DNA from: Ginglymostoma cirratum
Lineage: Eukaryota
Reading direction: 5' to 3'
Assembly (NCBI GenBank): GCA_024137785.1
Contig: JAHRHZ010000282.1
Span: 557,138-621,137 of the forward strand
Length of the DNA: 64,000 nucleotides
Shown: one piece after another, positions 38,711 to 52,709 of the stretch
Layout of the letters: every line of letters begins with the position of its first letter
How positions within the stretch are numbered: the first letter of the stretch is position 1
The notes under the pieces: generated by a model
Told to the model about the DNA's origin: nothing
Database searches by the model: none
Seen by the model: the letters and a program-made list of their open reading frames with translations, nothing else
Position numbers and translations under genes: made by a program

Positions 38711-39439
38711 ACCGTATTCTAATTCAGGCTCCACTCTACCCATGTCTCGAAATCTACTCCAACTTTGTTAGATTTCACTTCCTTATAATCACCACTATGA
38801 AGAATGCATTATACTCATTAGCAGAAGGAAACTTCTGAATCTATGTACGTGCGTGAGAGATGGAGGGGAAGAGAAAGTGATTGATTTCAGACAGCTCCCA
38901 CAGAATGGTTTACTGTTTTGCTCTTCCCGTGGGAATGTTGTTCATTACAGAAATAAATACTCACATCTAACTAAATATTCATATCATTCTGAGGAGGCAC
39001 GCAGTTTTAAAGTACAAATCAATCTTTTTGAATTAATGTGGAGACATTTTGATCATGACCCTGACAGTGATCACAGCATGGAATAAAGCTTTGGTTACAA
39101 TGTGGTACAAACATCTAAAATCATTGGATGCAGCGAATGAAGTTGAAATGCAGAGTCTCACCTGTGCACAGTGTTATACGGGGAAGGAGGACATAACTAT
39201 TTTCATTGAGAAGTATCCAGTGAACTGCAATTTGTGTGAGAATTTGAACATCGCAATTATTTCTACAAGCCACTAGATGGCAATGCGAACCAGTAATAAA
39301 TATTGAAGATACATGCTTGACGAAGAGTGACCTCTCAGACTGTGTGAGCAACTGTCAGTGTGAGAGGCTTATTACAGAAACAAATGCTATAACTCAGGTT
39401 CTTCTGCAACTTCAACAAGAAGGCAGCTGTGATTTAGAC

Positions 39440-39924
39440 ATGAAGGGGGCATTATTCTAGTTGTTTACTCTTATAAATATGATATCTATCTCCGGGTCAT
39501 CAACAGAGGTCTGTGGAAAATTGTTTTCATTGACCGTTCTTATTATCTGATAATATTCCAAATTTACAGTCCTCTTGCTGTTTTCCGCCCTGAACTCTTC
39601 AGTGGTGACTGGAGAAGATGAAGTAATGCAGCTTCCTCTATGGATCGTTGACAGTGAAGTGGAAGTTGTGCTTTTGAATTGCTTCATCACCACTAAATCT
39701 ATCATAATGCTTGGTACAGACAGCCCCCGAATCAGTCACACCAGCATCTGGTGATAACATAAAGAGAAGCTGATCAGCCAGACTGGATCATCATTTCAAT
39801 CAGTGGAGACTAAAAATTCAGTACCTTGACTGTGAAAGATGCCAGAATTGATGACAAAAGCCACTTACCTCTGTACCAATGAGGGGTCAGTGTCACAAAC
39901 AGAGGGAGAGTCCGTACTAAAACC
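39440..39924 (+). pseudogene. TCR alpha/delta V pseudogene (probable leader from 39440, V exon 39603-39885, RSS 39886-39924)
   Basis: VTGEDEVMQ...VVLLNC / AWYRQPPNQSHQHL...STLTVKDARIDD / ATYLC with two frameshifts and stops. The leader has a TAG. RSS is GTCAGTG-23bp-ACTAAAACC with a broken heptamer. Confidence 0.85.
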
Positions 39925-41321
39925 TGCACAGTGTGGGAGTTCCGCTGTGATGATTTTTAAGTATCAGTGTTACTCATTCCACACCCAAAAAATCCGATGT
40001 AAGTGAAAAGAAAGCAAAATACAACAGAAAATATGGAACAGCAAAAGTTAAAGATGGTCATAACTGAAAACAGTTGGATATGTGGGTGGAGGCGTAGTAA
40101 CAGTATACCTGCAATCTGGAAACGTTGAAGGAGAGAAGAGAGAGCGGAGAAATACAGTAATAATAACTGCAGAGGTCAGAATGTTAAGAAACTGTTGAAG
40201 GACAAAGGCAAGAAATTGAAAAAATAACGAGTATGACGTACAGAGGTTAATGATCAGGTTAAATTACAATTGTATGAAACAAGGAGGAAGTATAGTGGGC
40301 TTTCCTTCAACAACAATACTTATACAATCTAATCATTTCAAGAAAGCTTCATTAAAATTCATCCTTTGGTATTGGACATCCATAAATTGTTCATTTCCTG
40401 GCAGCACAAATTCCTAGACATCTGGCCAGAGGGTGAGACAATCGCACTCTTTGAAGTCGTCTATATTATTGTTTAATCGGAGATTCTTTGTGTCACTCTC
40501 ACACTTGCCTTGTCACTTATTTTGGTTTCATCTGTAAATCCTTCAGTCAGGATTTGCATGATATGTTAACGTACATCTCTGCTTTCTCAGCATTCCCATT
40601 CAGATGAGGAAGATTTTTCCACAATGTCTTTTATTTTCTTTGAGAGATCCATTGTCCTTGGATCGGCCCTGCAGTCAAGGGTGACATTCTTCTCCAGTAG
40701 TGCATGACAATGTGAGGGTGAGCCATGTTTTTGCATCTGATAGAGAGACATGAGCTACAATTGCTATGATGCAATATTAATTTAAATAAAACAGCTTTTG
40801 GCAATGCAGTATCCCTACAACCCATCCAGTCCACAAAGACCTTCCGAAAAGCATCCCACCCTATCCTATGCCTCGGCTTTCCCCGCGTCTAATCCACCTC
40901 GGCTACACATCTTTGAACTGTGGAAAAATACCAGAATACCTACGGCAGAAAAAGTAAAGAACTGCAGCTGCTGGAAATCTGAAACAAAAACGAAAATAAC
41001 TGGAGAAACTCAGCAGATCTGATATTTGTTGTGAAGAGGAAGCAGAGTCAACGTTTCAGGTCCCATGATCCTTTTTTCAGAACTTTGTTCCTTTCTCACA
41101 ACAGCCAGGATATGAAGTGTGGTTCATAGGAGCTTGAAACTGCTTCTTTGAATTGAAGAACAAAGGAGATTGAAGCTCATTGGCTGTCATCTGATGTGTT
41201 TTCCAACAATGAACTAATAAGTAGCAGATCCGGAAATTACCCAACCTGTTCCGAATTCTTGACGAAACACCTTTTAGCTTCGAACAGTTCTGCACAAATT
41301 CACCGTGATCTCTCTGCAAGC

Positions 41322-41373
41322 ATGTCACCGGGAACAGTGTGTTTATTCCTCACAGCTGCAGCGCTTTTAACCG
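41322..41373 (+). CDS. Leader exon of an intact TCR alpha/delta V (MSPGTVCLFLTAAALLT)
   Basis: ATG at 41322, hydrophobic signal peptide, phase-1 GTAGGT donor matching the acceptor at 42238. Confidence 0.88.
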
Positions 41374-41485
41374 GTAGGTTCACAACTTGTGGAACTCTCT
41401 ACGTCAGCTCTTTGCCAGAAATTACATTTACTCGACCAATTATGGCAACACAGAGGCAGCAAGATATTCTCCCTGATGAAAACCG

Positions 41486-41815
41486 GGGAGGCAATGGCCT
41501 AGTTGTATCATCACTGGACGGTTAATTCAAGACACCCAGGTAATGTCCACGACCCAGGTTCAAGTCCCGTCACGGCAGATGGTGGAATTTGAGCTCGTGC
41601 AATATACGGAGATCAGAATTTGATGATGACCATGCATCCGTTGTCGATTTTTGGGGAAAATCCCATCTGATTCACTAATGTCCTTTCGGGAGTGAAACTG
41701 TCATCCTTAACTGGTCTAGCCTATACATGACTCCAGACCCACAGCAATGTGGTTGATTTTAAACTGCCCACGGGATAATAAATATTCTGCCCAGTGAGCG
41801 ACACTCTCATTCCGT
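41486..41815 (+). mobile_element. Same SINE family within the leader-V intron of the intact V gene
   Basis: Homologous to 33938-34295 over about 330 bp. Confidence 0.8.
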
Positions 41816-42238
41816 TAGTGAGTAAAAGGGGAAAAATCTGGGTCTAAAGTTGTCTCAACAGTCTGGGAGAAATTAGCGACAGTACCTGAATGAATGACAG
41901 TGAGAGTTTGGCTGGAATCCAGACAGGACTCAGGCCACTGAGACGATGTGACAAGGGCTGCGCTTTTAAGCTCACCGAGTGCTTCCAGTTTTCCCTTCAA
42001 ATTGGGAGGCGAAACGGAAAATCACCTCGTTAGAAGGTGTGGCCTGTGTATTAGAGGAAGTTTTATTTCATCTGTCGAAGCCCTTCCCGGTCCCAGTCGT
42101 CAAGTTATATGAAATGGGTTCTTGTTTAACTTGTTTGCCTTATTTCTTTGGTTATTGTTCAAGGTGGATGGACTGATTCTGGGAGATAAGAATAATGAGG
42201 TGAGTTTTCAAATTTACTGTCTCTCCTGATTCTTACAG

Positions 42239-42545
42239 GACTTTGTCGTACAGATTCTGTCTCACAAACACCGGCCACAATCACAGTGAATGAAGGGGAA
42301 GATGGCCCGTTATTCTGTAATTACACAGCTACATCAAGCAGTAGTCCATACTTGTTCTGGTACCGTCAGCATTCCAGCGGTTCCATGGAGTATGTGCTAA
42401 AGAGAAACCAATATACCAGGAAAACAGAAAGACTTCCAGGAGACAGGTTTTCTTCGGAGTTTGATCATGTGAACCGGACTATCCAATTGAAAGTGTTGAA
42501 CACAGAACTGACAGACTCCGCAGTGTATTACTGTGCACTGTACCC
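42239..42545 (+). CDS. Intact TCR alpha/delta V exon
   Basis: Acceptor TCTTACAG, then GLCRTDSVSQTPATITVNEGEDGPLFCNYTATSSSSPYLFWYRQHSSGSMEYVLKR...DRFSSEFDHVNRTIQLKVLNTELTDSAVYYCALY with canonical C/W/C. Confidence 0.93.
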
Positions 42546-42584
42546 CACAGAGATTCAGAACTGGGCTGACCCCATACGAAAACC
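42546..42584 (+). other. 23-RSS
   Basis: CACAGAG-ATTCAGAACTGGGCTGACCCCAT(23)-ACGAAAACC. Confidence 0.92.
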
Positions 42585-43569
42585 GTCATTGAGCCACTGA
42601 ACATGACAGTGCGTAAAGAATACATGGAGATCACAGCCGGTTCTGAAGTGGTTCCCGAATTCACGCTGATACCTCATACCTCTTATTCTAACACAAAACT
42701 TTAATCATTAATAATCTGTTACTAAAATAAACTAAAGCCATCAGTTCAGTGAATGAAAAACAAATAATATATATTATGCCTTTTGAAATTTCCTGAAGTG
42801 TTTCAATTTTTCAGTGATGATATGGTGTAGAAATTGCAGCAACCAATTTAGATTAAACACACGTTTGAGAGACAATGACATGATTCTAATAATGAAACAC
42901 TTGTGCAGCTCGAACAACGTCAAACACTTTTCAGGGTTATTAAAACGGTCTCTTATCCTACTTCATATTTGCAGCCCCGGAATGGCGAGTGATCGATTCA
43001 GTAGTCGAGGGTCATGCAGACTTGGTTAAAAATTAATAAGAAATTGAGGTGCAATTCATATTTGAACAATACTAAACAACTAAAGGCATTTTATGTCGAG
43101 TGATTAACGAGTCAGAGCCGCTAGTAAAAGTCTCCATCACACGAAGGTTCTGCTGTTAGGCTGGTCGGAAATGAGCATTTTTAATCATCTACGTAAATTA
43201 GTTCATTTTTTGCCAGCAGTTCACATCTGGACCAACACCAATAACATCATAACTTCTTGTTGATTCAGTCAAGAGATTGAACCTGCAGTCGTTGTCAGTC
43301 ATGGAACAGCACAGCACAGAAGCAGGTCCTTCGGCCCATCATATTGTGCTAACTATGTGACAATGAAATTCTTTTGAATAATTGCACTCGGCTGAACTCT
43401 ACCAAAGACATTCTCTCCACTTTGTGCATTACACTTTGTTTTTTCAAGTCATTTGAAATTCCGAAAGGGTATGAATTCTATCATAAAACAATTGCTTAGT
43501 AAATAAATGTCCATATATTCAATGACTACTGTAGGTATGCCTGTATTAAAGCAGAACACATTGCCGAAA

Positions 43570-44040
43570 GAGTTACAAGGATATTGCCAGGATTGGAGGG
43601 TTTGAGCTCCATTAAGAGGCTGAATAGGCTGAGACTGTTTTCCTTGTAGTGTCGGAGAGTGAGGGGTGACCTTACCGAGGTTTATAAAATCATGAGCGGC
43701 ATGGATAGTGTGAATACAGAAGATTATTTCCCCACGATGGGGGAGTAGAAAACTAGAGGACATTGGCTTAAGTTGAGAGGGGAAAGAATTAAAAGGGACC
43801 TAAGGGGCAAATTTTAACGCAGGTGACTGGGTGCTTATGTGAGCTGTGACATGAAGTGGTGGAGGCTGGTACAATTACAACATTTAAAGTGCATTTTGAT
43901 AAGTATGTGAATAGGATTGGCTGAGCTGAATATGGGCCAAATGCTTTCAAATGGGTCTAGATTTGTTTGGGATATCTGGTCATCGTGGACGAATTAGACC
44001 AAATGGACTCTTTCCTTGCTGTACATTCCTGTGACATTAT
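43570..44040 (+). mobile_element. CR1 LINE 3' fragment
   Basis: RILPGLEG...RVRGDLTEVYKIM motifs. Confidence 0.75.
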
Positions 44041-44506
44041 GACTCGAAGTTGTCCACTTTCTCTGAATGCGGTAAAAAAAAATTATAACTGGCTGCCACC
44101 AGAGGGCAGCGATAGCATGAAAGATATAAAAGCAGCAGGAGCAACTCTGAAGGCACAGAGAGTTAACTTTTCATGACATTTAATGTCGAGTAGAATTTCA
44201 TCAATAATCATCAGAGTGCAATACAGTATAAGATGTAGGAGCAGAAGTTGGCCATTCAGTCATCTAGACTCTGTTTTTCAATAGGATTATAGTCATTTGG
44301 AGATCTTAAAATCCATCTTTCTGCCTTACTAACATGACCCTTGACTGTCTTTTTGAATAAATATCTGTCTAACTAGGTAAAATGTTAGAGGAATTGTTCG
44401 TTTAGAAATTGGGCAACCCCAGCTATTCAGCATTCATATATTTGGATGAGGCAACCTATTGCGATATTGCCAACTTTGCCTTCATTGTAAGATGCTTTGA
44501 CTAACA

Positions 44507-45028
44507 TAGAGCATAGAACAATACAGCGCAGAACAGGCCCTTCGGCCCTCGATGTTGCGCCGACCTGTGATCTAATCTAAGCCCACCCCCTACACTATCC
44601 CTTTATCATCCATATGCTTATCCAAGGACTGTTTAAATGCCCTTAATGTGGCTGAGTTAACTACATTGGCAGGCAGGGCACTCCACTCCCTTACCACTCT
44701 CTGAGTAACGAACCTGCCTCTGACATCTGTCTTAAATTTATCACCCTTCAATTTGCAGCTATGCCCCCTCGTACTAGCCGATGTCATCATCCTCGGAAAA
44801 AGACTCTCACTGTACACCCTATCTAATCCTCTGATCATTTTGTAGGTCTCTATTAAATCCCCTCTTAGCCTTCTTCTCTCCAATGAGAACAGGCCCAGGT
44901 CCCTCAGCCTTTCCTCATTAGACCTTCGCTCCAGACCAGGCAACATCCTGGTAAATCTCCTCTGCACCTTTTCCAATGCTTCCACATCCTTCCTGTAATG
45001 GGGCGACCAGAACTGTACGCAATATTCT
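44507..45028 (-). mobile_element. Young 5'-truncated CR1 LINE with open ORF2 C-terminus
   Basis: EALEKVQRRFTRMLPGLE...RLRGDLIETYKM...TRGH...TQRVVREW, followed by a 3' UTR tail. Confidence 0.88.
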
Positions 45029-46999
45029 GTATGCTCTGTCCGCTCAGCTGAGATTATGAAAAGGATTAGATTGGACTTGTTGGGCCCGGTGGCCTTGGAG
45101 GGACTGGATGAATGAAAAGGATGTACTTAGCAAAGTGATAATTATTGCCGATGACTGCTGGACAGACCATCAGTCAGCCAGTCCTCTATGTCTATCAGAT
45201 AACAAAAGTAGTAGCTGAAAACGGAGAAAAGGGTTCAAGAAGTATTCAATTTTGATGGCCTTCAAGACCCACACGGTCATGGAAAGCAAAGGTGCAAGTA
45301 CTAACTTAAACTTTGTGACCCATAATGTTAACTTGTTTTTATGTCCAATTTAAAGTACCTTAGTTTTCGCCTGTGAGGCGAATATGATAAATATGGCATG
45401 ACAGAAACACTGCGCCAGAGAGAGCAAAGAAGGGGACCTCGTTATACTGTTAATCAGTGCAGATAGACAGCACTTTCGATCGACGAAATAGAATCTGGCT
45501 AGAATCATTAGGAATGCTGGTAGAAAACTGATATACAATGAAGTCATGAAAAAGCACAGCATATTAGGAGGTCATTCTGCCCATCACATCTATGCCAGCT
45601 CTTTTCAAATAACTTACAATTTATGTGAATTTACTTATCCTTCTCCAAATCCCTTGTGTATAGCCTTTCAAATTATTGTCCAAGAGTCAAAATAAAAACT
45701 CAGAGTTGAAAACGTTGAGGAGTTTCAGTAGTCTTCGTGCACAGTGTTTGAAAATTAACAAATTTTAACAGGCACAATGGCATGCAGAGATGTATTTGGC
45801 TATTTTATGCTGTTTTTGACCTTGTAGAGTACGTCTTTAGGGAAAATATTCGCTTTGAATGTTTCAGATGAGCCTCATTGATGAGATTGATGGGTTTTCA
45901 ATGTCGAAAGTCGTCCATCCGTAGCTTGTGCCGTTACTTCCCTTCGCTCTTCACTTCATGTTCATCTCTAACATATCTGATGATGTTATTGACTGAACAG
46001 GTCGTTTGTGTCTCAACTAAATCAGCTGTCATTCGATGCTCCCACTCCTGCCTCCCAGGATTGGCCTTCATCAGGGCATGGAGAGGGCAGGGTGGAAGAG
46101 ATGGCCTCGTTGTATTATCGCTGGACTTTTAATCCAGAGAGCCAGCAATGACGACTGTAATAAAATGACGATCGCTAGCAAGTTGGCTGTGGGAAATATT
46201 ATTGAAAGCTTTTGAGTAATGACTAGATATACTTTGAATGTTTAAAATGACGACAGATCTTTAACACCTTTCTTCGAAAATATAGTGAAATCTCTGCGTA
46301 AAAAATGTCGAACACTACAATAGCGATTATTCTATATAACACCAAAAACATTAGATTGTAGTTTCCAGCATTGCATAGAATTTAATTTTATGTAGTTTGT
46401 CTGATTAACATTCAGGCAATGCCATAGATTACAATTCACATATCAATAATCTAAATAACAATTCTTCTTTAATTGCTCAGAATAGCAAATTGATTATAAT
46501 CTTGCTGCATTTTGCAAATAAGCGCAATCCAGTATAGCATAACGTATGCATATTTATATATCGGAAACTCAGCTGAAGTTTCTTCAGCTGAGACTACCAG
46601 TAAAAATAAAACACGGTCCTGAAATGGAGCGGAAAAGATTTTGGTGTATTTAAAAACAAACATTTGGAATCTTTTTTCTTGCCAAGGACACCAATAATGG
46701 CAAGATTTGGATAATTAAAGGGCATTGAAGGGGCTATTTGCTGGGGCATGCATCACTTATTATAAACTAATGAAATTCTTGAAACTCCTCAAATTAGCTA
46801 CTTGACACAAGTGAAATGTCTCTCGTTTATTTCACATCAGGGTCTCGAGAGCATCAATTAAGTTCGAACATGTCCCTTAGTTTCAGTTCAGTGAACAAAC
46901 AGAATAACTCACCGTTTCATGCTTTCTTTTTGCAACTTTGGAAAAAAGCACAATTACATGCACTTTTTTTAAATGAAAACTGTTACCTGCAAGAACGGT

Positions 47000-47285
47000 T
47001 TCTGCGTGTATAGCTGCTGCCTCACAGGATTTAGCGAGTGGGGTTAAATCCCAGCCTCAGGCGACTGTTTTTGGAGTTTTTGCTTTCTCCTTTAGTCCAA
47101 AAATGTGCCGTTTAGGTGAATGTGTTCTGGTAAATAGTCCCTAGTGTCCAGGGATCTGAGCGTTATGTGGATTAACCATGGGAAGTGCAGGGTTATACAG
47201 TAGGGGAGCAGTCCAGTGTGATGCCCTATGGACAGTCGGTGTGTATTTTTGGTCCCAATGGCCTGTTTCAACACTGCAGGGATTT
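47000..47285 (+). mobile_element. Degenerate V-SINE copy
   Basis: GCTGCTGCCTCACAG head and a 3' end TGGCCTGTTTCAACACTGCAGGGATT shared with the other copies. Confidence 0.65.
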
Positions 47286-47579
47286 TTCTTTTAAGTTCTG
47301 AAATCACCTCTCACGTGTTATGGCGTCTCCTTAACTGGAGTCCCGATAGCAAAATACGAATTCAGGCCGTATGTCTAAATAGATGGCCGTCTCAGTCATT
47401 CTCTGTGATGATGCCAATTACCTCGTGCCTTTAGGTATTAGCTGAGTTACAGATTTTCGTTCAATGGTTATCTTAACATTCATCTCTATTTACAGATCAA
47501 TTATTTGAAATAACGTTTCACCACTATAGCATGACATGTGAGGGACAGGCTAGTGCATATAAATCCTTTGGCACGTGAG

Positions 47580-48570
47580 AATAGAATACTTCTTGCACTA
47601 CAGGCTGATAAATCCCTGGACCAAATGGGCAGCACCGTAGAGTCTTGAATGAAGTGGCTGGAGAGACAATGAGTGTATTGATGGTTATCATTCGAAGCTC
47701 GATAAATTCCGAAAAAGATTCTCGGGGATTAAAAAGAAGGTTAAATAACCCGACTATTTAAGAAGGGGGATATTACAAAATGGGAAACACAGACTGTTCA
47801 ATGTCAGAAATAAGTGCATTTCAGATCATATGATAAAGGATATGACAAGTGGACACTTAGAAAAGAATAACGTATTGAGCTTAGTCAATATCGATTCAGA
47901 AAAGTAAAATAATGCTTGAAAAATTCACTGGAATTCGTTTTGCGGATTTTGATTGCAGCAACGATGAAGGAGAACCAGTGGGTGTGATGTATTCCGACAA
48001 TTGAAAGCTTTTGATAAGGCCCTACACAGAAAGACTATAAGTACTTTTAGAGAACACGATGTTGATGTTAATATGCTGTGATGAATTAGCGCGGAGAAAT
48101 CAAGTAATAGAAAGAAATGAATTTAACCCAGAATGGCCGACTGTTAGTAATGGGAGAGACTCAAGAATTTGTATTGGGGCTACAGAGCGTCACAATCTCT
48201 AAAATGATTACATTAATCAAATATTTCTAAAATTTCTGACGCCATATAACTAGTGTTATATATCAACAACAGGAGACTTCAATTGGTCCAAAGCAAGCTA
48301 ACTCTACGGGAATGAATATGGCAGATGGGACATAATATGTTAAATTGTGACGTTATCCACATTGGTTGGAAAATCAGAAGGCACAATGTTGCTCAAATGG
48401 TGAAATATGTGATGTGCATGTTTTTTGATGCATCTTGGACTCCTTGTTAATGAGTCATAAAGACTTTGCACGCTAGTGAAGGAAGTATTTAGGTCAGCAG
48501 GTCAAAGATTGGAATTCATTGCAAGACGAATTGACGATAATAGGAAAGATATCTTGCTGATGTAATATAC
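47580..48570 (+). mobile_element. Decayed CR1 LINE
   Basis: KSPGPNG.H.RVLNEVA, SQYRFRK..CL.NSLEF and KAFDK motifs. Confidence 0.7.
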
Positions 48571-51500
48571 AACCTTAATCTAATGCTGGGACCTCGGGAG
48601 AAAGCTAAGACGATTGTCCACTCTGTGCTTCTGAGTAAAGAGGTAGCAAACAGTTCAGACTTGCCATCAGCACTGATTTTTTGACCTCCTCCATTTTTGT
48701 ATACAGGAACTTTTCCTCCAGCTCCCCTATAGTCACCAGATTGAACACGATTAACCATCGATTCATGTCTGTGTTAAAAGAGCTGCAATTTTCACATCTT
48801 AAGTAACTTGTCCCTATCTGAGCGATTTATAATCAGTATGGAATATACGGGAAAAGGGACCGCAACTTTTATAACCATTTTGATACTAAACTGTGGTAAT
48901 TTAACTTGGTAATGAAATGAGGGCCCTCATTAATTTTGAGATTGTCACTGATTTAATTGCACGAATTCCCTGCACTCTTCCTGCGTTAGTTTTTCATTGG
49001 GCCCTGATTATTATTATGCAATCCTTAGTATCTGAGATTTATAGAGCATATTCTGTCTTTGCTTGAATATTAACTGGCTCTGATGATATTGTACAAATTC
49101 TGGACCGCACGATTATTCCAGAAAGCCATAATTCCATCAGTGTTCTACGAGCCCCCCATTATTATTTAACCATTCCTTACCTTTTTGATTTGTAGGTGTG
49201 GTTGTGCCAGTGTTAGTCAACTCTGATAATTATTTCACGAATCAATCTCCTTGATTATCAATTTAGCATCGTTCTGTGTTGATCTTTCAACAACTTTTTG
49301 TTAAAAGAATCTGAATAATACTACCCCCTGCCCCGCCCCCCTGCGTTATAAATATGCCTGTGCCTTGGATTGCATTCATCAAAGAGCAGGTTATATTTTT
49401 AACCGTCCCTACATCCTTGATCGTTGCAGTCGAGCTCACAGTCTGTTAATATTGCTAAATCTGCTGAAGTTCTATAGCACTTCAGCATAATTCTACTTGT
49501 CTGTCTTTCTTGATTATCGCACGAGGGACAACCTCACTTTGTGTTCATAGATCAGACAGCATGGAAACAGATCCTTAGGTCCAACCAGTTCACACAAACA
49601 TTTTCTCAAATTAAGCACTCATCTGTTTGTTCTTGTCCTATATCTCTCCGAAACTTCTGATTCATGAACTTATCCAAAAGTCATTTAAACATTGTAATTT
49701 TACCGGCATCCATTTGAGTATTTTTGAAAAAGGTCCAAGATTCCTTGATGAGTTCAATGGACGCCAGTCCAGGTTGTACTCCATGAATCGCATCGATCTT
49801 TAAAAAATTAGTAATGTCTCAAGTATTATTAAAATAGTTCCTATTTCTGCTTATGTGAAAATGCGCCAACCCACAGTTATTACAGTATGGGAACATATCA
49901 TTTTCCCCATTATGCCAGACTTTATATTATTTGAATAATAATGTTAATACTACACCATACCACGTCAATGTTAATAATTGACTTGATTTTGGCACTAATT
50001 ATGTTACTTTGGATTTTATCAGTTTAACATACGCTGGATCCTGTCTCTGTTTGCTGTCAACTCTCTGTTAATAAGTCCCTTTCTGTGAAGCCAGATTATG
50101 TCTCTGACAAAATTACACATGGTTCTGTTACTATTGTTATCACGCTGGGCTAAATTGCCGACCCTGTCTCTGTTACAGCTGCACTTCTTTAGGTCACGCC
50201 CAGAAACAACTGGACATATCGATATCCCCCGAAAGGGTTGTGGTAGTCTGGGTATTTTGAAAAGAGCCTGATTTTTTGTACAAATGATTCACATATGCAG
50301 ATAAACGAAAATGCTGTCAATTTTTTTTATATCACCCTGTCTATTTGGACCATATAATGCAATAAATCAAAATTTCCTTTCTTCGTTGCTCTTGCCCTTG
50401 TCAAAAAGTGAGGATTTTATGCATAATTCCTTTTCCTAATAAACCATCATACAAAGTGAAGTATGACATAAAGTTATTTTCTGTAATGCCCAGCTGTCAG
50501 TTAGGACACTGGTTGTCTGACAGTTCTATAAATTGTGGTTACAACGAATGTGCTTCTGTGTCATCCAGTGGAATTCCGTCCTTTTGGCATTAGTTCGATC
50601 TTTTTCTCTGAATGGTTTGATAGGGGTTATAATTTCATAATCATTCTTATTTTTATTACAACGATTATGTTATTAATGTGACTTGTGCCTTGCATTTGTT
50701 TTATTTTTATTGTTTCATTTTATTCTGAGGTAATTTGTCGGATTTTCCTGAATTGCCCAAGTTGAACTCAGAATAATGCTCTTTTACACTAGGCAAATCA
50801 CCTTCACAAGAATAATTCAATCTGAATGATCATTGCATGTTGATTTAAGAAGAAAACTGGAATTTGTCAATTTCTAATCATAAGGGCCACAATCAAAATT
50901 CAACAATTCCATGAATAAAGGCTGATTGATATTTTGCTTTTAGTATTTGTGCTCCTCGAGACTGCTGTTTCTGTCAATATTGAACATCATCAAGGCCCGA
51001 CTGTGTCAAGTAGCAGCAAGCCATGTTGGACACTGAGAACATCTCCATCTACACTCTCCTATATGAAACAATCATATACAACAAAGGAATTATATGACAT
51101 AAATCTCCAATCTTCCTCGTTCTTTTCCAAAGCCATTACACACTGCTAAAGAAGAGAACGCATCTTTCCCTGCGCTGTCACTTTAAAGAGAGGTTAGGAA
51201 CATAGAGCAGGAAACAGCAAGAGGAAGACTTCAACATCTCTGGAAAAATACAGAGACATTTTGGTTTGATCAGGGCTGATCATGTGCGAAATTGTCAAAA
51301 AATAAACTCGTTATTGTAATCAATTACAAATATTTAAAATGCACATATTTTGAAAAACATGAACATTAGCGAATAAAATTAAAACAAAGTTTCTTTAATG
51401 AGAATTCAATAGCGTCTGTGAATGCAGGTGGAATAAAAATGTCTGTCTGCGTATTTGCTTATATTTCCATCTATCTTTGCATTCTTTTGGACATAACTTT

Positions 51501-51745
51501 CAAGACATGCGAAAGCAAAGCGTTTTTCTCCTTATCATTTAACATTTTATGCAAAGCCATAGATCATTACACTTTGTAGTAATAGTCAATAAGACTTTGT
51601 GGCTTCATCTGAATCGAATATTCAGGAACAGGAAGCAAGATTTTGGAATATCTTTATCATTTGTAATAAATATCTCATGGAAAAAGTTAAATACATCAGC
51701 AGACACATGGCACCACCAAGGTATTTTACAATTCATACTTTGTCT

Positions 51746-52015
51746 TACTGTGTCTCCTTTGCAAAGGGATATATTCCAGCATTTTCGAACATGGACTCAT
51801 CCATAGAGATGATATTGGGCTTGTTTGCTCGGTCAAAGGATAACGTGTAGTGGTCTGTAGACTCATTGCCCTGGTATACGGAACCGATAAATGTCGCAGC
51901 CGCTGTCAGTGTTTTCCTGTACCAGTTTATCTTGTCTGCCATACCAACGGAGAGCTGACAGTTCAATTCAACACGCTCAACCCGTTTAACAAATGATCTA
52001 CTGTGAGCTCTGATC
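51746..52015 (-). pseudogene. 5'-truncated V pseudogene abutting a Penelope-like insertion
   Basis: ERVELNCQLSVGMADKINWYRKT...HYTLSFDRANK...ENAGIYPFAKE followed by heptamer CACAGTA. The second Cys is lost, no correctly spaced nonamer follows, and no leader is visible. Confidence 0.75.
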
Positions 52016-52019
52016 TTCA

Positions 52020-52667
52020 CAATAGACAATGCCTCATGGCATCCTTGCCTGCAGCGTATGAGATAGACAATGTTTGCCGAGTTATAAGAGATTCTGCCTT
52101 GTACGGACTCCTGAAGGTGTGGAAGGACGCCCTCATAGGAACAGGATACGATGCTCAATTCATCGATCGCCACTTCCAACGTGCCACAGCGTAAAAACAC
52201 ACTGATTTCCTTAAAAGACGAAGACAGGATAAGTCCAGTGGGGTACCTTTCATTGTTCAATCTTCCTGGGAATTTTTTTCCGCTCACACACACACTCATG
52301 CACACGTATACATACAAACATTCACTTACACATGCACACACACGCACGCACATCCTCTCACACAGATCCTCTCTTGGACAGACACTATCTCCCCAGCAAA
52401 CACAGACACTATCACCCCACCCCACAAAAACACACAAACAGACACCCTCTCTCACACACAGCACTCTCTCTCCCCACCACATATACACACTGTCGCTCCC
52501 ACACTCGTACATACACTATCTCCCACATACGCACATTCTCTCGCACGTAAACAAATTCTCTCTCACTCTCCCCCCACACGCTCACAAACTCATACACATG
52601 CACGCAAACACATTGTCTCTCCGCCTCACACACGTTCAGTCTCTCTCTCCCTTACACACACACACAA

Positions 52668-52709
<42 letters not shown>

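Noticed and set aside
51745-52512. 255-aa ORF as a novel fusion gene
   Set aside because: It is chance read-through of a GT-rich tract, an inverted Penelope fragment and a V pseudogene.
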